Positions 46,714 to 55,472 of a stretch of 64,000 nucleotides of DNA are shown piece by piece. Location of the stretch: IMG/VR virus record IMGVR_UViG_3300010413_000017, positions 9,861 through 73,860 of that record, one strand, 5' to 3'. The position numbers and the translations under genes were made by a program. The notes under the pieces were generated by a model, which had not been told where the DNA came from, did no database searches, and worked only from the letters and a program-made list of their open reading frames with translations. Positions within the stretch are counted from its first letter, which is position 1, and every line of letters starts with the position of its first letter. Source of the DNA: a virus.

Positions 46714-47262
46714 TCATGCTGTCTCCTTTCTTTTTTCAATCTGCACAACTTCAATTCCTGCCTGTTCGAGAAGCCACATCGCCATGTTATCATAAGCAGG
46801 TCCAGAATAGCAAATGATTTTTGCGATGCCTGCATTGATAATTTCTTTTGCACATTCAAAGCAGGGTAAAGGACAACTACATACCAAAAAACATCCTTTT
46901 GTCTTGATGCCCTCTCTAGCTGAGTTTATCAACGCATTCCTTTCGGCGTGACCAGCTGTACACAGATGAGTTCCTTCCCCGCTTTTAAATCCTACTATAT
47001 ATCTTGGACATGTTGTACCGAAACCGTTCTCTTTGAGAAAATCACCAATGTTCCCAAAGAAACTCTTTTCAAGTTGCCCAACCAACCAGCTAAATCTTTC
47101 TTCCGAATCACAATGTGCTACTCTTCTGGGCGGGCCGTTATAGCCTGTACCAACAATAGTTCCGTCGGGTGTAATTATGACGGCCCCGATTTTGCGCGAG
47201 AGACATTTCGACTTGTAAGCTACCCGTTCGGCTATGGCTAGCCAGTATTCATACTGATTCAT
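46714..47262 (-). CDS. dCMP deaminase
   Basis: S.C..R.IGAVI, TGYNG.P, HAERNA, PCFECAK.IINAGI. Confidence 0.92.
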   Translation of the reverse strand: MNQYEYWLAIAERVAYKSKCLSRKIGAVIITPDGTIVGTGYNGPPRRVAHCDSEERFSWLVGQLEKSFFGNIGDFLKENGFGTTCPRYIVGFKSGEGTHLCTAGHAERNALINSAREGIKTKGCFLVCSCPLPCFECAKEIINAGIAKIICYSGPAYDNMAMWLLEQAGIEVVQIEKRKETA

Positions 47263-48205
47263 CCAATATCTCACGAATAACACCGAGTAAATCGGAAATC
47301 TCAGGAGCAATCGCACCAAAGTCGTAGTCCACTTGACTTGCTTTATGTTGTTGCGGGAGTCCATAACGCATCTGAAACTGAGCGGCGAGGACTGAAATGA
47401 TGTGATGGTCTAATTCTCGCTTCATCACCTGTATGTCAGGCTTTTCCATAAACTCAACTAGACGCGTTAACATATTGTTGTACGAAACATGCCAGTCTGG
47501 AGTATTAATCAAATCGAAGAGTTGAGTTTTGTCGAACGAGAAAACCCTATCAGGATTGTCTTGGTAAAACATAAATGAGATAACACCAGCCAGATATTTG
47601 ACCTTGCCCAAAAGAGCTGTCGTGCACTCTTGTACAAGTTCTCCACCTAGGTAGCGGGTAGGAATTCGCATACACGGTTTATAACGCTCAATCCAAGCGT
47701 CTTTCCTGTGCAAATAACTCGCGAGTGCTATTCCTGTGCGCAGATAGTCTTGTAGACGATCTAACTGTGAGAATGAATCGTCCCAGTTGTAGCCATAGCG
47801 TACACCCAGTAGTTTAGGAACGTTGTTATGCAGAGCAAAGTTAACTCTGTGTCCGTGACACGCAACATAGTCTGGGTTGTTCTCCAAGAACTCTGCGCAT
47901 TGTTTTAGCCCGTCACCAATGTGGAAATCATCGTCCCCTGAGAAAGCGACATACTTAACTGAGTCGTGAAGGTATTCGTTGACTTGGGCCACGGCCCCGC
48001 CGTCGTGCGGGGCCATTACCCAATGGTAGCTGATAAACAGAGAACCTCCGTATTCATCAACAACCGCTTTGTTGTTAGTGGCCTCTTCGTCGTCAGACGA
48101 ATCGGCTATATATACAACACCGTCGAAATCGGTGCGTGCGTAAAACGACAATGCACGGCGTAAGTACCGACTTCGATTCAGTGTAGGGATGACGATGGCA
48201 ATCAC
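47249..48205 (-). CDS. GT-A fold glycosyltransferase, TIGR00180-like, paralog 3
   Basis: IVIPTLNR, IADSS, SGDDDF, FLENNPDY.ACHG, IPTRYLGGE. Confidence 0.8.
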   Translation of the reverse strand: MIAIVIPTLNRSRYLRRALSFYARTDFDGVVYIADSSDDEEATNNKAVVDEYGGSLFISYHWVMAPHDGGAVAQVNEYLHDSVKYVAFSGDDDFHIGDGLKQCAEFLENNPDYVACHGHRVNFALHNNVPKLLGVRYGYNWDDSFSQLDRLQDYLRTGIALASYLHRKDAWIERYKPCMRIPTRYLGGELVQECTTALLGKVKYLAGVISFMFYQDNPDRVFSFDKTQLFDLINTPDWHVSYNNMLTRLVEFMEKPDIQVMKRELDHHIISVLAAQFQMRYGLPQQHKASQVDYDFGAIAPEISDLLGVIREILDESV

Positions 48206-48565
48206 TTACTTCCTCCTGTTTCTGAGTCTGTTCAAGTACACGTACATGTCACAGTCATGAACAGATTCTTTCCTGTCATTCCGTTGAATACGAAAGGTGC
48301 CACCAAGGACATTGATATCAACTTCGATATGTCCATGTCTGTCTGTATAAAGACGCGCAACCGGCCGTCCAGAAGACGCTTGTGCAAGCTCCTGTCTAAG
48401 CCTGCTGAGTAAGCTGTCGCCTCCGCATGAACATACGTCACCCCTATACATGCTGGACGGTCTGTCTTCGTCAAACGACCTTGTAAACGCAGTCCCACAG
48501 CTTCTACAGAAGTTGTCGTCAGAACTTACTTCCCATCCACAGTCAGTACAAATCATGTCGTCCAT
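48206..48565 (-). CDS. Zinc-ribbon hypothetical protein
   Basis: CTDCG......NFCRSCG; AAGGAG RBS. Confidence 0.6.
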   Translation of the reverse strand: MDDMICTDCGWEVSSDDNFCRSCGTAFTRSFDEDRPSSMYRGDVCSCGGDSLLSRLRQELAQASSGRPVARLYTDRHGHIEVDINVLGGTFRIQRNDRKESVHDCDMYVYLNRLRNRRK

Positions 48566-48696
48566 AACTTTCTCCTTTTTTATGTTAGCAGTTCTGGTCT
48601 TCCGGTTATAATTTATTGTTTCGTTTCCCCTTGTTGTAGTGTTTAATGAATAAACGAAGGAGTTCGTGGGTATCTGTAATCGAGCCTCCTCCTTGT

Positions 48697-49770
48697 TTAT
48701 CGTTTGGTGAACCTGCTTTTGCGTTTTGGTACTACAGCGGCCTCCACTTCTAGCCAGTCCTTCTCGGCAAGCGTTTTGAGTTCTGCTAAGTCTTCGGGAG
48801 AGTCCTCAAGGAATGAAATGAATGACTGGCGTTTAAACGTCTTGTCGCCCCACTTAATCTCTTTGTCCCCATACATATAGTCAATGAGGGAATTAATATC
48901 GTCTATGCCGTAGTCGAACAAAATGGAAAACTCGGCCATACGAAACGGTTTTGCTACTTTGTTGCGTTTGAAATTAGCCTTGACTGTCACCCCATATGTG
49001 CGTTTCTGTCCACGAAACGTTTTATCCAGCTTGCCGGTGTGGGCTAACCAGCATACTTGGTGTGTATAAAAATCGAGGGCTTTGCCGCCAGTTCTATAGT
49101 GCTTCTCACCAAACATCTGCCCAATCTTTTCTCGTACTTGAGAAATACAAATAAGTGTGGAATCCTTGCCTTGCATACTTTTACACAGATGATTGAAAAA
49201 ACCTGAGCTAAAAAACTTAGCCTTCTCTGCGCCCATAGAACCGGGGGCTTTCTGTTCGTCAAGTATTTTTTGCATTCTGTCAGCCGCCGCGTCTGGCACA
49301 AGTGCGTCGACTGAATCTATAACATAAATCAGACACTGCCCGGGTGTGAGAGCGTTAACGCGCCTAAGATAATCTGTCCCGAAATCCTCCGCGATGGGTG
49401 TCTGAATCCATGTGACAGCGCTAACGAAGTCATCTCCATACATGTCTTCGATGGGGAAGTCCATGACTCCTTCAACGTTGTTGTAAACGATGAAAAGCTC
49501 TTTTATGGGCGGATAGAGGGCAGAGGGTTTCGCTTTTAAGTTGTAAAAAGCGTGGGCGCAAGCCTCCAAGGAGAGGAGCGTTTTCCCGCTTGAGCCGTCT
49601 CCGACAATGTTAACAATCCTACCTCTGGCCCAACCTCCACTTAGACCTCTTTGGGAGGCGGCGAGGTTGAGCAGGGTCGAGCCCGTATCAATGAACTCGA
49701 CCCTTTCACCCCGCTCCACTGGCTTCCGTGCCAGCTTCTCTGTTTCCTCGACGATTGCTGATTTAGCCAT
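48697..49770 (-). CDS. RecA/UvsX-like recombinase
   Basis: IDTGS..LN, GRIVNI.GDGSSGKT, IDSVDAL, SQVREKIG, TGGKALDFY, KVAKPFR. Confidence 0.92.
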   Translation of the reverse strand: MAKSAIVEETEKLARKPVERGERVEFIDTGSTLLNLAASQRGLSGGWARGRIVNIVGDGSSGKTLLSLEACAHAFYNLKAKPSALYPPIKELFIVYNNVEGVMDFPIEDMYGDDFVSAVTWIQTPIAEDFGTDYLRRVNALTPGQCLIYVIDSVDALVPDAAADRMQKILDEQKAPGSMGAEKAKFFSSGFFNHLCKSMQGKDSTLICISQVREKIGQMFGEKHYRTGGKALDFYTHQVCWLAHTGKLDKTFRGQKRTYGVTVKANFKRNKVAKPFRMAEFSILFDYGIDDINSLIDYMYGDKEIKWGDKTFKRQSFISFLEDSPEDLAELKTLAEKDWLEVEAAVVPKRKSRFTKR

Positions 49771-50762
49771 TATCTACGCCGTCTCGGAGTTGGACGGGGA
49801 GCCTCTTCCTCTTCATACTCCTCATCAGGTTGTACCTCTTCTCTTTCGGCTTCTTCTTCTGCGTACTCTGACTGCCAAAGTTCATGGCAAGGATTGTAGA
49901 GTTCGCATCCGGACAAGCACTCTTCATACGCCTCAAACGATTCTCCAAAGACCCCACCATGAGGACAGGTAGGAGAACTCTTTTTGAAGCTTCTGGGAGT
50001 CCCCGGCACAGTTTCAGCCGCCATATCCTCAACTTCCAGACCAGCCCAGAACGCCTTTTTGACCTGCTCATAGGTCGGAATGTCGAGCAGTTCATCTAAG
50101 GTCGGAACGTTGTCGATGATTGAGTCAGGAATATCATCTTCACGCTCTGAGAACTGAAAGCCAGTCCACTGTTGCTGAGTTTTACTGCCTTTGATTTGGA
50201 AGGCGATGGAGCGTCCCTCTTCGGCAGTCGGGTCAGCAAAGGCGACAACCCCGCCAGTCCGAGGCTTTTTGCAGATGTTCATGACGTTATTCTGGAAGAA
50301 CCAATGAGCCACAGTCCAGATTTGAATGCCTTTAGACTCGTTGTCTCTGTCCAGAATGGCGTAGACTGAATACCGCTTCGGACGTGCACTATCAATCTGG
50401 CCTTTAACATCGTCAGAGGGATTGTCTACCCGCCTTAACTTCTCGCGGTATTCGCAGATAGGACAGTTCTTGTTGTATGTCCTAAAGAGGCAGATGAAAT
50501 CGTCCTCATTAGGTCCGATAAACCTATGGACATAGAGGTCGACAAGGTAAGTGGGTTCTCCCTCGTTCTTCACAGGGTCATTTGGGCCTGCGAAGTAGGG
50601 GAGGACATCAACAAGATGTTCGCCAATATCCGGGTTGAAGATTGACAAGCTACCTAACTTGTTTCTGTCCAGAATCCCCCTTCGCCTGTCTTCTCGGGTG
50701 TCATAGGTTTCCTGCGTGCGTTGGCGTAAGCCCGCACTAAGTGCTTTTCTGCGATCTTTCAA
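49770..50762 (-). CDS. Single-stranded DNA-binding protein (gp32-like)
   Basis: H...C......CPICE zinc motif, very acidic C-terminus; lies between UvsY-like and RecA genes. Confidence 0.75.
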   Translation of the reverse strand: MKDRRKALSAGLRQRTQETYDTREDRRRGILDRNKLGSLSIFNPDIGEHLVDVLPYFAGPNDPVKNEGEPTYLVDLYVHRFIGPNEDDFICLFRTYNKNCPICEYREKLRRVDNPSDDVKGQIDSARPKRYSVYAILDRDNESKGIQIWTVAHWFFQNNVMNICKKPRTGGVVAFADPTAEEGRSIAFQIKGSKTQQQWTGFQFSEREDDIPDSIIDNVPTLDELLDIPTYEQVKKAFWAGLEVEDMAAETVPGTPRSFKKSSPTCPHGGVFGESFEAYEECLSGCELYNPCHELWQSEYAEEEAEREEVQPDEEYEEEEAPRPTPRRRR

Positions 50763-50800
50763 ACGGTTTTCTCCTGTATTAAATTTGTGTAGTTAGGGTG

Positions 50801-51292
50801 TTACTGCGCCGGAACAGCTGAACGGCTAGGACGCTTTTCTCCAAGCGCCTCCTTGAGTTTCTTACTGACCTGTTCCTGAACAAGGTCAGCACCAACAGTG
50901 CTACGCGGCTCGGAGAAGTAGCTGGTCAGGTGCAAATCAACCAGCTTTTCCAAGCCCTTGCGCTTGTGTTCCAAAGCCCGAACGACGGCTCGGAGCATAT
51001 TCAGCTCGTATTTAGCGAGGATGATTTCCTCTTCCAGTTCTTGGAATTCGGGCTGTCTGGCGATGAAGTTTTTGAGGACAGCTTCTGTGACACGTTCTGT
51101 TGCAGTTTCTCTGAGTTGTTGGTCGAGCTGAGCGATTAAGACATCTTTCCTGAGTTCCAAGCGTGAGACTACACGCTCGGCTTCGACTGCCTGCTCGCTA
51201 TAGCTCAACACGTTGCTAGGATGTTTTACCCATTCGTCGTCGAGGGCAAATTTGTCAATGCTGACATCTGCCTCTACCTGAGATTTGTCCAT
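50801..51292 (-). CDS. UvsY-like recombination mediator
   Basis: ID...LD.E....P, TE..L...I, AL..K...L..L..L....YF helical pattern; next to SSB and RecA. Confidence 0.7.
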   Translation of the reverse strand: MDKSQVEADVSIDKFALDDEWVKHPSNVLSYSEQAVEAERVVSRLELRKDVLIAQLDQQLRETATERVTEAVLKNFIARQPEFQELEEEIILAKYELNMLRAVVRALEHKRKGLEKLVDLHLTSYFSEPRSTVGADLVQEQVSKKLKEALGEKRPSRSAVPAQ

Positions 51293-51352
51293 AATTCCTC
51301 CTTACTTTATTATAGCCTGTACCGGCTATTTTGGAAGTTAAAAGTGTGAGTG

Positions 51353-51604
51353 CGCTCAGCTTCTTTGGGTTCCTTATTGTTTTTGGCTCGCTTTTGGTGT
51401 TTGGTGTCCTTGGACAAGATAGCTCGCTTGCCACTTTTGGGTTTCTTAGAGTCAATGGCTCGCTTTCCTCTGATGGGTTTCTTATTATAACTGGCTCGCT
51501 TGCCACTTTTGGGTTTCTTAACCTATAGGACTCGCTTCTGGTTAATGGGTTTCTTTATGCAGGTGGCTCGCTTATATCTGATGGGTGCCTTGGGCGTGTT
51601 GACT
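51353..51604 (-). ncRNA. TIGR-type guide array downstream of the tas gene: 7 x 36-nt units
   Basis: Exact 36-nt period, AGCCA-N9-AGAAACCCA-N9-AGCG, with two variable 9-mers per unit. Confidence 0.9.
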
Positions 51605-52632
51605 TAAGCCACATCGTCAGGTGAAACAGACTCTCGTCCGGCCTCTACAGGAACCGGTGTAGCGTCATAAACCCAGCCACGTTCCTCTGGCATAATCGTT
51701 CTGTGCGGCCCGTCTAGAACTGCCTCTGCGTATAGAGGTGAAGTAGGTAATCCCAAAAGTGTTCTGCCTACATACCAATAGTCCGCAAGGAAGTGCTTCA
51801 TAATGACACGCAGTGCGGCCATGTGCCTGTGATTAGGAACGGTCTCTTTCCATGGTTTCTCGACAAGCCTGTGCCGACCGTTATGTAAGCCAAATGTCTT
51901 AACAAGTTTCTCAGAGTTATCCAACTTGGAGCGCGTTTTGTCGTACAGATAACCATACGCGCTACCTTTGTTCCTCTGTTTCATCTGTGAGTTAGCCATA
52001 GTGAAGAGAGCAGTCCGAAGAGACCTGTTACCACCACTAGGTTCCCCCGGAGTATAGCGGGCGTGGGCGGGAGTGTGCAGTCCAGTGTACCTCCACAGAC
52101 TGGAGGCGTGCTTCGCCTTTGCCAGATCTATGTAGACAAGGCAGTAAGCTATGGTCACAAAGCCAACAGAATGTACTCCCAATGCGGCTTGCACCAACGG
52201 GTTCGTTTGGGCAATCTCGTTAACCGTTTTTTTGAGTGCGTGCGTACGCTTGCTCAACAGAGACGTTAATTGGTCGAGTTGTATAGACAGAAACTCGGCT
52301 GTTTCTGGGTTAAGAGTATCTGTACGCCTTCGATACGCGCGTAACTGATTGCCGATTTTGGTGTGGAGTTTCAAGACTTGGTTCCTGTCATCCACTTGGG
52401 CTTTGAGACGTTCAAACAGTTCAGGACGCTCCCGAAAGATGCCATGGTGCCGCATGTGAGTGATGGGGTCTACCACGCATGTGTTATCGGGAGTATACCT
52501 TCCACCTTTGCTTTTGGGTTTCAGCCTGTGTGTGTCGAAGCTTTCAGTAGGTTCACCTAGTGGTTGTCCAGTAAATGCGTCAACTCCAAGTTGTTTCTCC
52601 TTAGTCGTACGTTTCAGTTCTTCTTTTGCCAC
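51604..52632 (-). CDS. tasH: TasH-like RNA-guided nuclease: N-terminal HNH plus coiled coil plus Nop/IS110-like RNA-binding domain
   Basis: DTHR..PKSKGG.Y..DN......H...H HNH motif; VG..T.A.....ID......SSLWRYTGL...GN..LRT IS110/Nop-like domain; no DEDD RuvC; flanked by 36-nt arrays. Confidence 0.85.
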   Translation of the reverse strand: MAKEELKRTTKEKQLGVDAFTGQPLGEPTESFDTHRLKPKSKGGRYTPDNTCVVDPITHMRHHGIFRERPELFERLKAQVDDRNQVLKLHTKIGNQLRAYRRRTDTLNPETAEFLSIQLDQLTSLLSKRTHALKKTVNEIAQTNPLVQAALGVHSVGFVTIAYCLVYIDLAKAKHASSLWRYTGLHTPAHARYTPGEPSGGNRSLRTALFTMANSQMKQRNKGSAYGYLYDKTRSKLDNSEKLVKTFGLHNGRHRLVEKPWKETVPNHRHMAALRVIMKHFLADYWYVGRTLLGLPTSPLYAEAVLDGPHRTIMPEERGWVYDATPVPVEAGRESVSPDDVA

Positions 52633-52654
52633 GCTGTGCTCTCCTTTTGAGATT

Positions 52655-52798
52655 CGTTACTAAACGCTGGGTTTCTTCAAACTGATGGCTCGCTTAAGGT
52701 TTTTGGGTTTCTTGAGTATGCTGACTCGCTTTCCAATGTTGGGTTTCTTAGATGATGTGGCTCACTTGGTATTTATGGGTTTCTTTCAGGGCTTGGCT
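52655..52798 (-). ncRNA. TIGR-type guide array upstream of the tas gene: 4 x 36-nt units
   Basis: Same repeat consensus and 36-nt period as 51353-51604. Confidence 0.9.
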
Positions 52799-52808
52799 CT
52801 TACCTAGT

Positions 52809-55472
52809 TTATAGCCCGTTGGGGGCGTACTTCCCATCTAAAAACTCAGTATAGGGAACCTTTTTCTTAGTTGACCAAGGAGCGTCGATATCACACAACT
52901 CGAACTCAACTTCGAGTGGCACGTTACACCAAGAATGTACTTGCAACGCCCTTTCAGACATAATCCAGTTCGCCATAGTCACAACTCGATGAAGTTCCTC
53001 TGGCTGAACACTCAGCAAAATACAATCGTGAATCTGGCCGAGGATAACTGAACTTAGCCTGTCTTTTTTTAGAAACTTGCTGAGTTCTATCAGGCTCCAC
53101 AGTAAGATATGAAAAGCTGTTCCCTGAATTGGAGTGTTCAAAATCTCATTCCTAGCCAAGTAGCCTTGGCGTCTGAACCCATATTTGAGGGGTACACGAC
53201 CGGTCTTATAATAGCGTGCTACCCATTTTTCTTTCCATTTGGCGTAGGTAGAGAACTGTTTCCAGAACCTGTTCTCTTCTGCTTGAATGTGCTCTGTGAA
53301 AACATCCAAAGAAGTAAGCTTCTGGTTCATTAAATGTTCTCGTAAAGAAGAGCCGTCGGCAAGGAGTAGTTGCTCTCCGTCTTTCCAGAGTTTCTCAGCA
53401 CAAGGTCTGTACCACGAGCCGTATAACTGAGCAAAAACAAACGCTCCTTTAACAAGATTGCGTACAGCTTTTGTAATCTGGTCTCGGGGTAATAGGTATA
53501 CTCGTTCGGTCTGGTCCCTGTGCATATCTGACGTGGGGTCTTTACAGTAACGAATAAGTTCAGGGTCTTGGGTGAACGTTGCCGCAATCCGGACTTCGTG
53601 CATTCCAAAGTCTATTTCAAGAAGTTGTTGGCCGTGATGAGGAAACATACCGCTTCGCACAAGCTGAGTCATACGCTCGTCGCGAGCTGGAATGTTTTGT
53701 AAATTAGGACGGCTCGATGAACCTCGATATGTTCTTACTCTGTGAAGATGGAAAAAGGGATGTAAAGTCTCCTTATAGATTTCACGGATAATCCCTTTTA
53801 TATAGGTAGATTCAGTTTTAGTTGCACTACGGAGTCGAGTTACATCAATCAAGAAAGAGCGTAGACTCTGTTGTGGAAGAGTCCGAGAGAACTCCTCAAT
53901 GTCCTCTTTGTCTAAGGTGGGATTTCCCTTCGCTGACTTCTTCCTAGGTTCGATCCCAACATAGTCAAAGAGAAGAGTTTTGAGTTGTGGAGCAGACCCG
54001 GGGTTAAGTGGAACGCCTGTCTTCTTTTCCCATAACCGAGCGTAGTGAGAGTCCATGACTCTCGCTTTTGCGGCCTTGCTCTCCTCTGAGATAGTGGTAA
54101 ACGCTTCTTGGAATACCTCAGAGGAAGCTCTAAAGCCTGTTATTTCGCAGTCAAGCAACGCCAAAGAACCTTCGTGAAAGAATTCGTATGCTTTGGGTAG
54201 TTTGCTTTCCAACTGCATTTCTGCCATTTGGTCGAGTGCTAATCTGTGAGCGAGCATGGCGTCCAAGGCGTTCCGCAGAAGTAACTTGTCAATCGGACAT
54301 TCTTTGACTCTGTTCACTCCATTGGCTGTCTCTGTCTTCATGTAGGGGCTAGTTTCATCTTTGAACCCCACAACACCGTAGCGCACAAACGCCTGAAACT
54401 CCAAACTAGTTATTCCATGTCTGTCGTCCAGCACATGCGAAGCTAGCTGAGAGCACCAACGCCAATTAGCAATCTCTGTTCCCAAAATTATCCTAGCCCA
54501 GAGTTCCTCAAACTTAAAATTGTGGGCGGTCTTACCGATGCTTTTCTCTTTTATCACTCGCAGTAGCGCTGGAACAACTTCGGGAGTAACAGGGAAGGAA
54601 ACTCCGTGTTCAGGGTTCCATGCTAAGGCACAAGTGACAATCTCATGGTCTGGGGCGAAGGGCTTGAGTCCCGTTGTTTCCCAGTCTAGAGTCAACAGAG
54701 GAGGCTTATTCTCGACTAGGTTATCTAACAAACTGATAATGTCTCCTTGCTGATAAAGACACTCGACTTTGTCTGCTTCGTTTGTCAGGTCTGGAAAAGG
54801 TCTAAGTGCCTTTTCAATCGCTACCCCCATCTTGAGTTTATAAATCTCGATGAGTTTGCTATTCATTCCGTATTGAAAAAAGGACGGATGATATTGCGGA
54901 ATAACCCAACATCCTAGTGTCCTGTCTGGAATGGCCCAATCTGCCCACTGTGATATTGCAGGGCGTTCTCCACTAATGTCTAATGGCAGCATGTAGGATT
55001 GTAGTGGGACACGCCCCGCGATAATAATAGCCTTGGGTTTGAACTCTCTGATACGCTTCCAAGTTCCTGCGTGGCAGAGTGCAACCTCTCTGTCAGTTGG
55101 GCTCCTATTGCTACCCCGCTCACCGATTGGACGACACCGCACAGCATTGAGTTTACAGAAGTCAACATCTAAGTCGTAACCTAACGGAGCAAGAACATCG
55201 TTTCTAAGGAGCTGACCTGCGCTCCCGCACAACTGGTATCCTCTTTCATCTTCTGTTGCGCCTTGTGCTTCGCTCAAAAAGAGTATGCCTGTCCTGCCCT
55301 CTCCTGTAATCCCCATCATCGGGTGTTTGTTAGTTTTATACATGCCGCACTCTTCGCAGGGAGGAAGGTCTGGCTTTTTCGCTTTAGTGGAAGTTCTCTT
55401 CGTTGCCTTTCTTTTGGGCTTTGTCGGGGTGAGTTCAACATCTTCTAATTCAAAAAACCCTTTTCGCCTCAT
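52809..55472 (-). CDS. polA: Family A DNA polymerase with N-terminal uracil-DNA-glycosylase-like domain and 3'-5' exonuclease
   Basis: C..C, EAQG..ED, NAVRCRP, HPS (family 4 UDG-like); DWETTG, HN.KFE exonuclease; PNLQNIP, DF...EVR, K..F...YG, NTPIQG, QIHD. Confidence 0.93.
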   Translation of the reverse strand: MRRKGFFELEDVELTPTKPKRKATKRTSTKAKKPDLPPCEECGMYKTNKHPMMGITGEGRTGILFLSEAQGATEDERGYQLCGSAGQLLRNDVLAPLGYDLDVDFCKLNAVRCRPIGERGSNRSPTDREVALCHAGTWKRIREFKPKAIIIAGRVPLQSYMLPLDISGERPAISQWADWAIPDRTLGCWVIPQYHPSFFQYGMNSKLIEIYKLKMGVAIEKALRPFPDLTNEADKVECLYQQGDIISLLDNLVENKPPLLTLDWETTGLKPFAPDHEIVTCALAWNPEHGVSFPVTPEVVPALLRVIKEKSIGKTAHNFKFEELWARIILGTEIANWRWCSQLASHVLDDRHGITSLEFQAFVRYGVVGFKDETSPYMKTETANGVNRVKECPIDKLLLRNALDAMLAHRLALDQMAEMQLESKLPKAYEFFHEGSLALLDCEITGFRASSEVFQEAFTTISEESKAAKARVMDSHYARLWEKKTGVPLNPGSAPQLKTLLFDYVGIEPRKKSAKGNPTLDKEDIEEFSRTLPQQSLRSFLIDVTRLRSATKTESTYIKGIIREIYKETLHPFFHLHRVRTYRGSSSRPNLQNIPARDERMTQLVRSGMFPHHGQQLLEIDFGMHEVRIAATFTQDPELIRYCKDPTSDMHRDQTERVYLLPRDQITKAVRNLVKGAFVFAQLYGSWYRPCAEKLWKDGEQLLLADGSSLREHLMNQKLTSLDVFTEHIQAEENRFWKQFSTYAKWKEKWVARYYKTGRVPLKYGFRRQGYLARNEILNTPIQGTAFHILLWSLIELSKFLKKDRLSSVILGQIHDCILLSVQPEELHRVVTMANWIMSERALQVHSWCNVPLEVEFELCDIDAPWSTKKKVPYTEFLDGKYAPNGL

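Noticed and set aside
51255-51528. ORFs 51255-51506 (-) and 51331-51528 (+) with 12-aa periodicity
   Set aside because: They are translations of the 36-nt array; other units contain stops and the same repeats recur upstream of the gene
51604-52632. IS110 transposase / insertion sequence
   Set aside because: Only the C-terminal Nop-like part resembles IS110; the DEDD RuvC domain is replaced by an HNH motif and the flanks are guide-like arrays
51353-52798. CRISPR array
   Set aside because: Units have two short repeats alternating with two 9-nt variable segments, not a 25-40 nt repeat with 30-40 nt spacers; no cas genes seen
41376-55472. Inteins or introns in nrdJ, recA or polA
   Set aside because: Frames are continuous, sizes are ordinary, and no intein splice or LAGLIDADG motifs were seen; the only insert noticed is the tRNA in nrdJ
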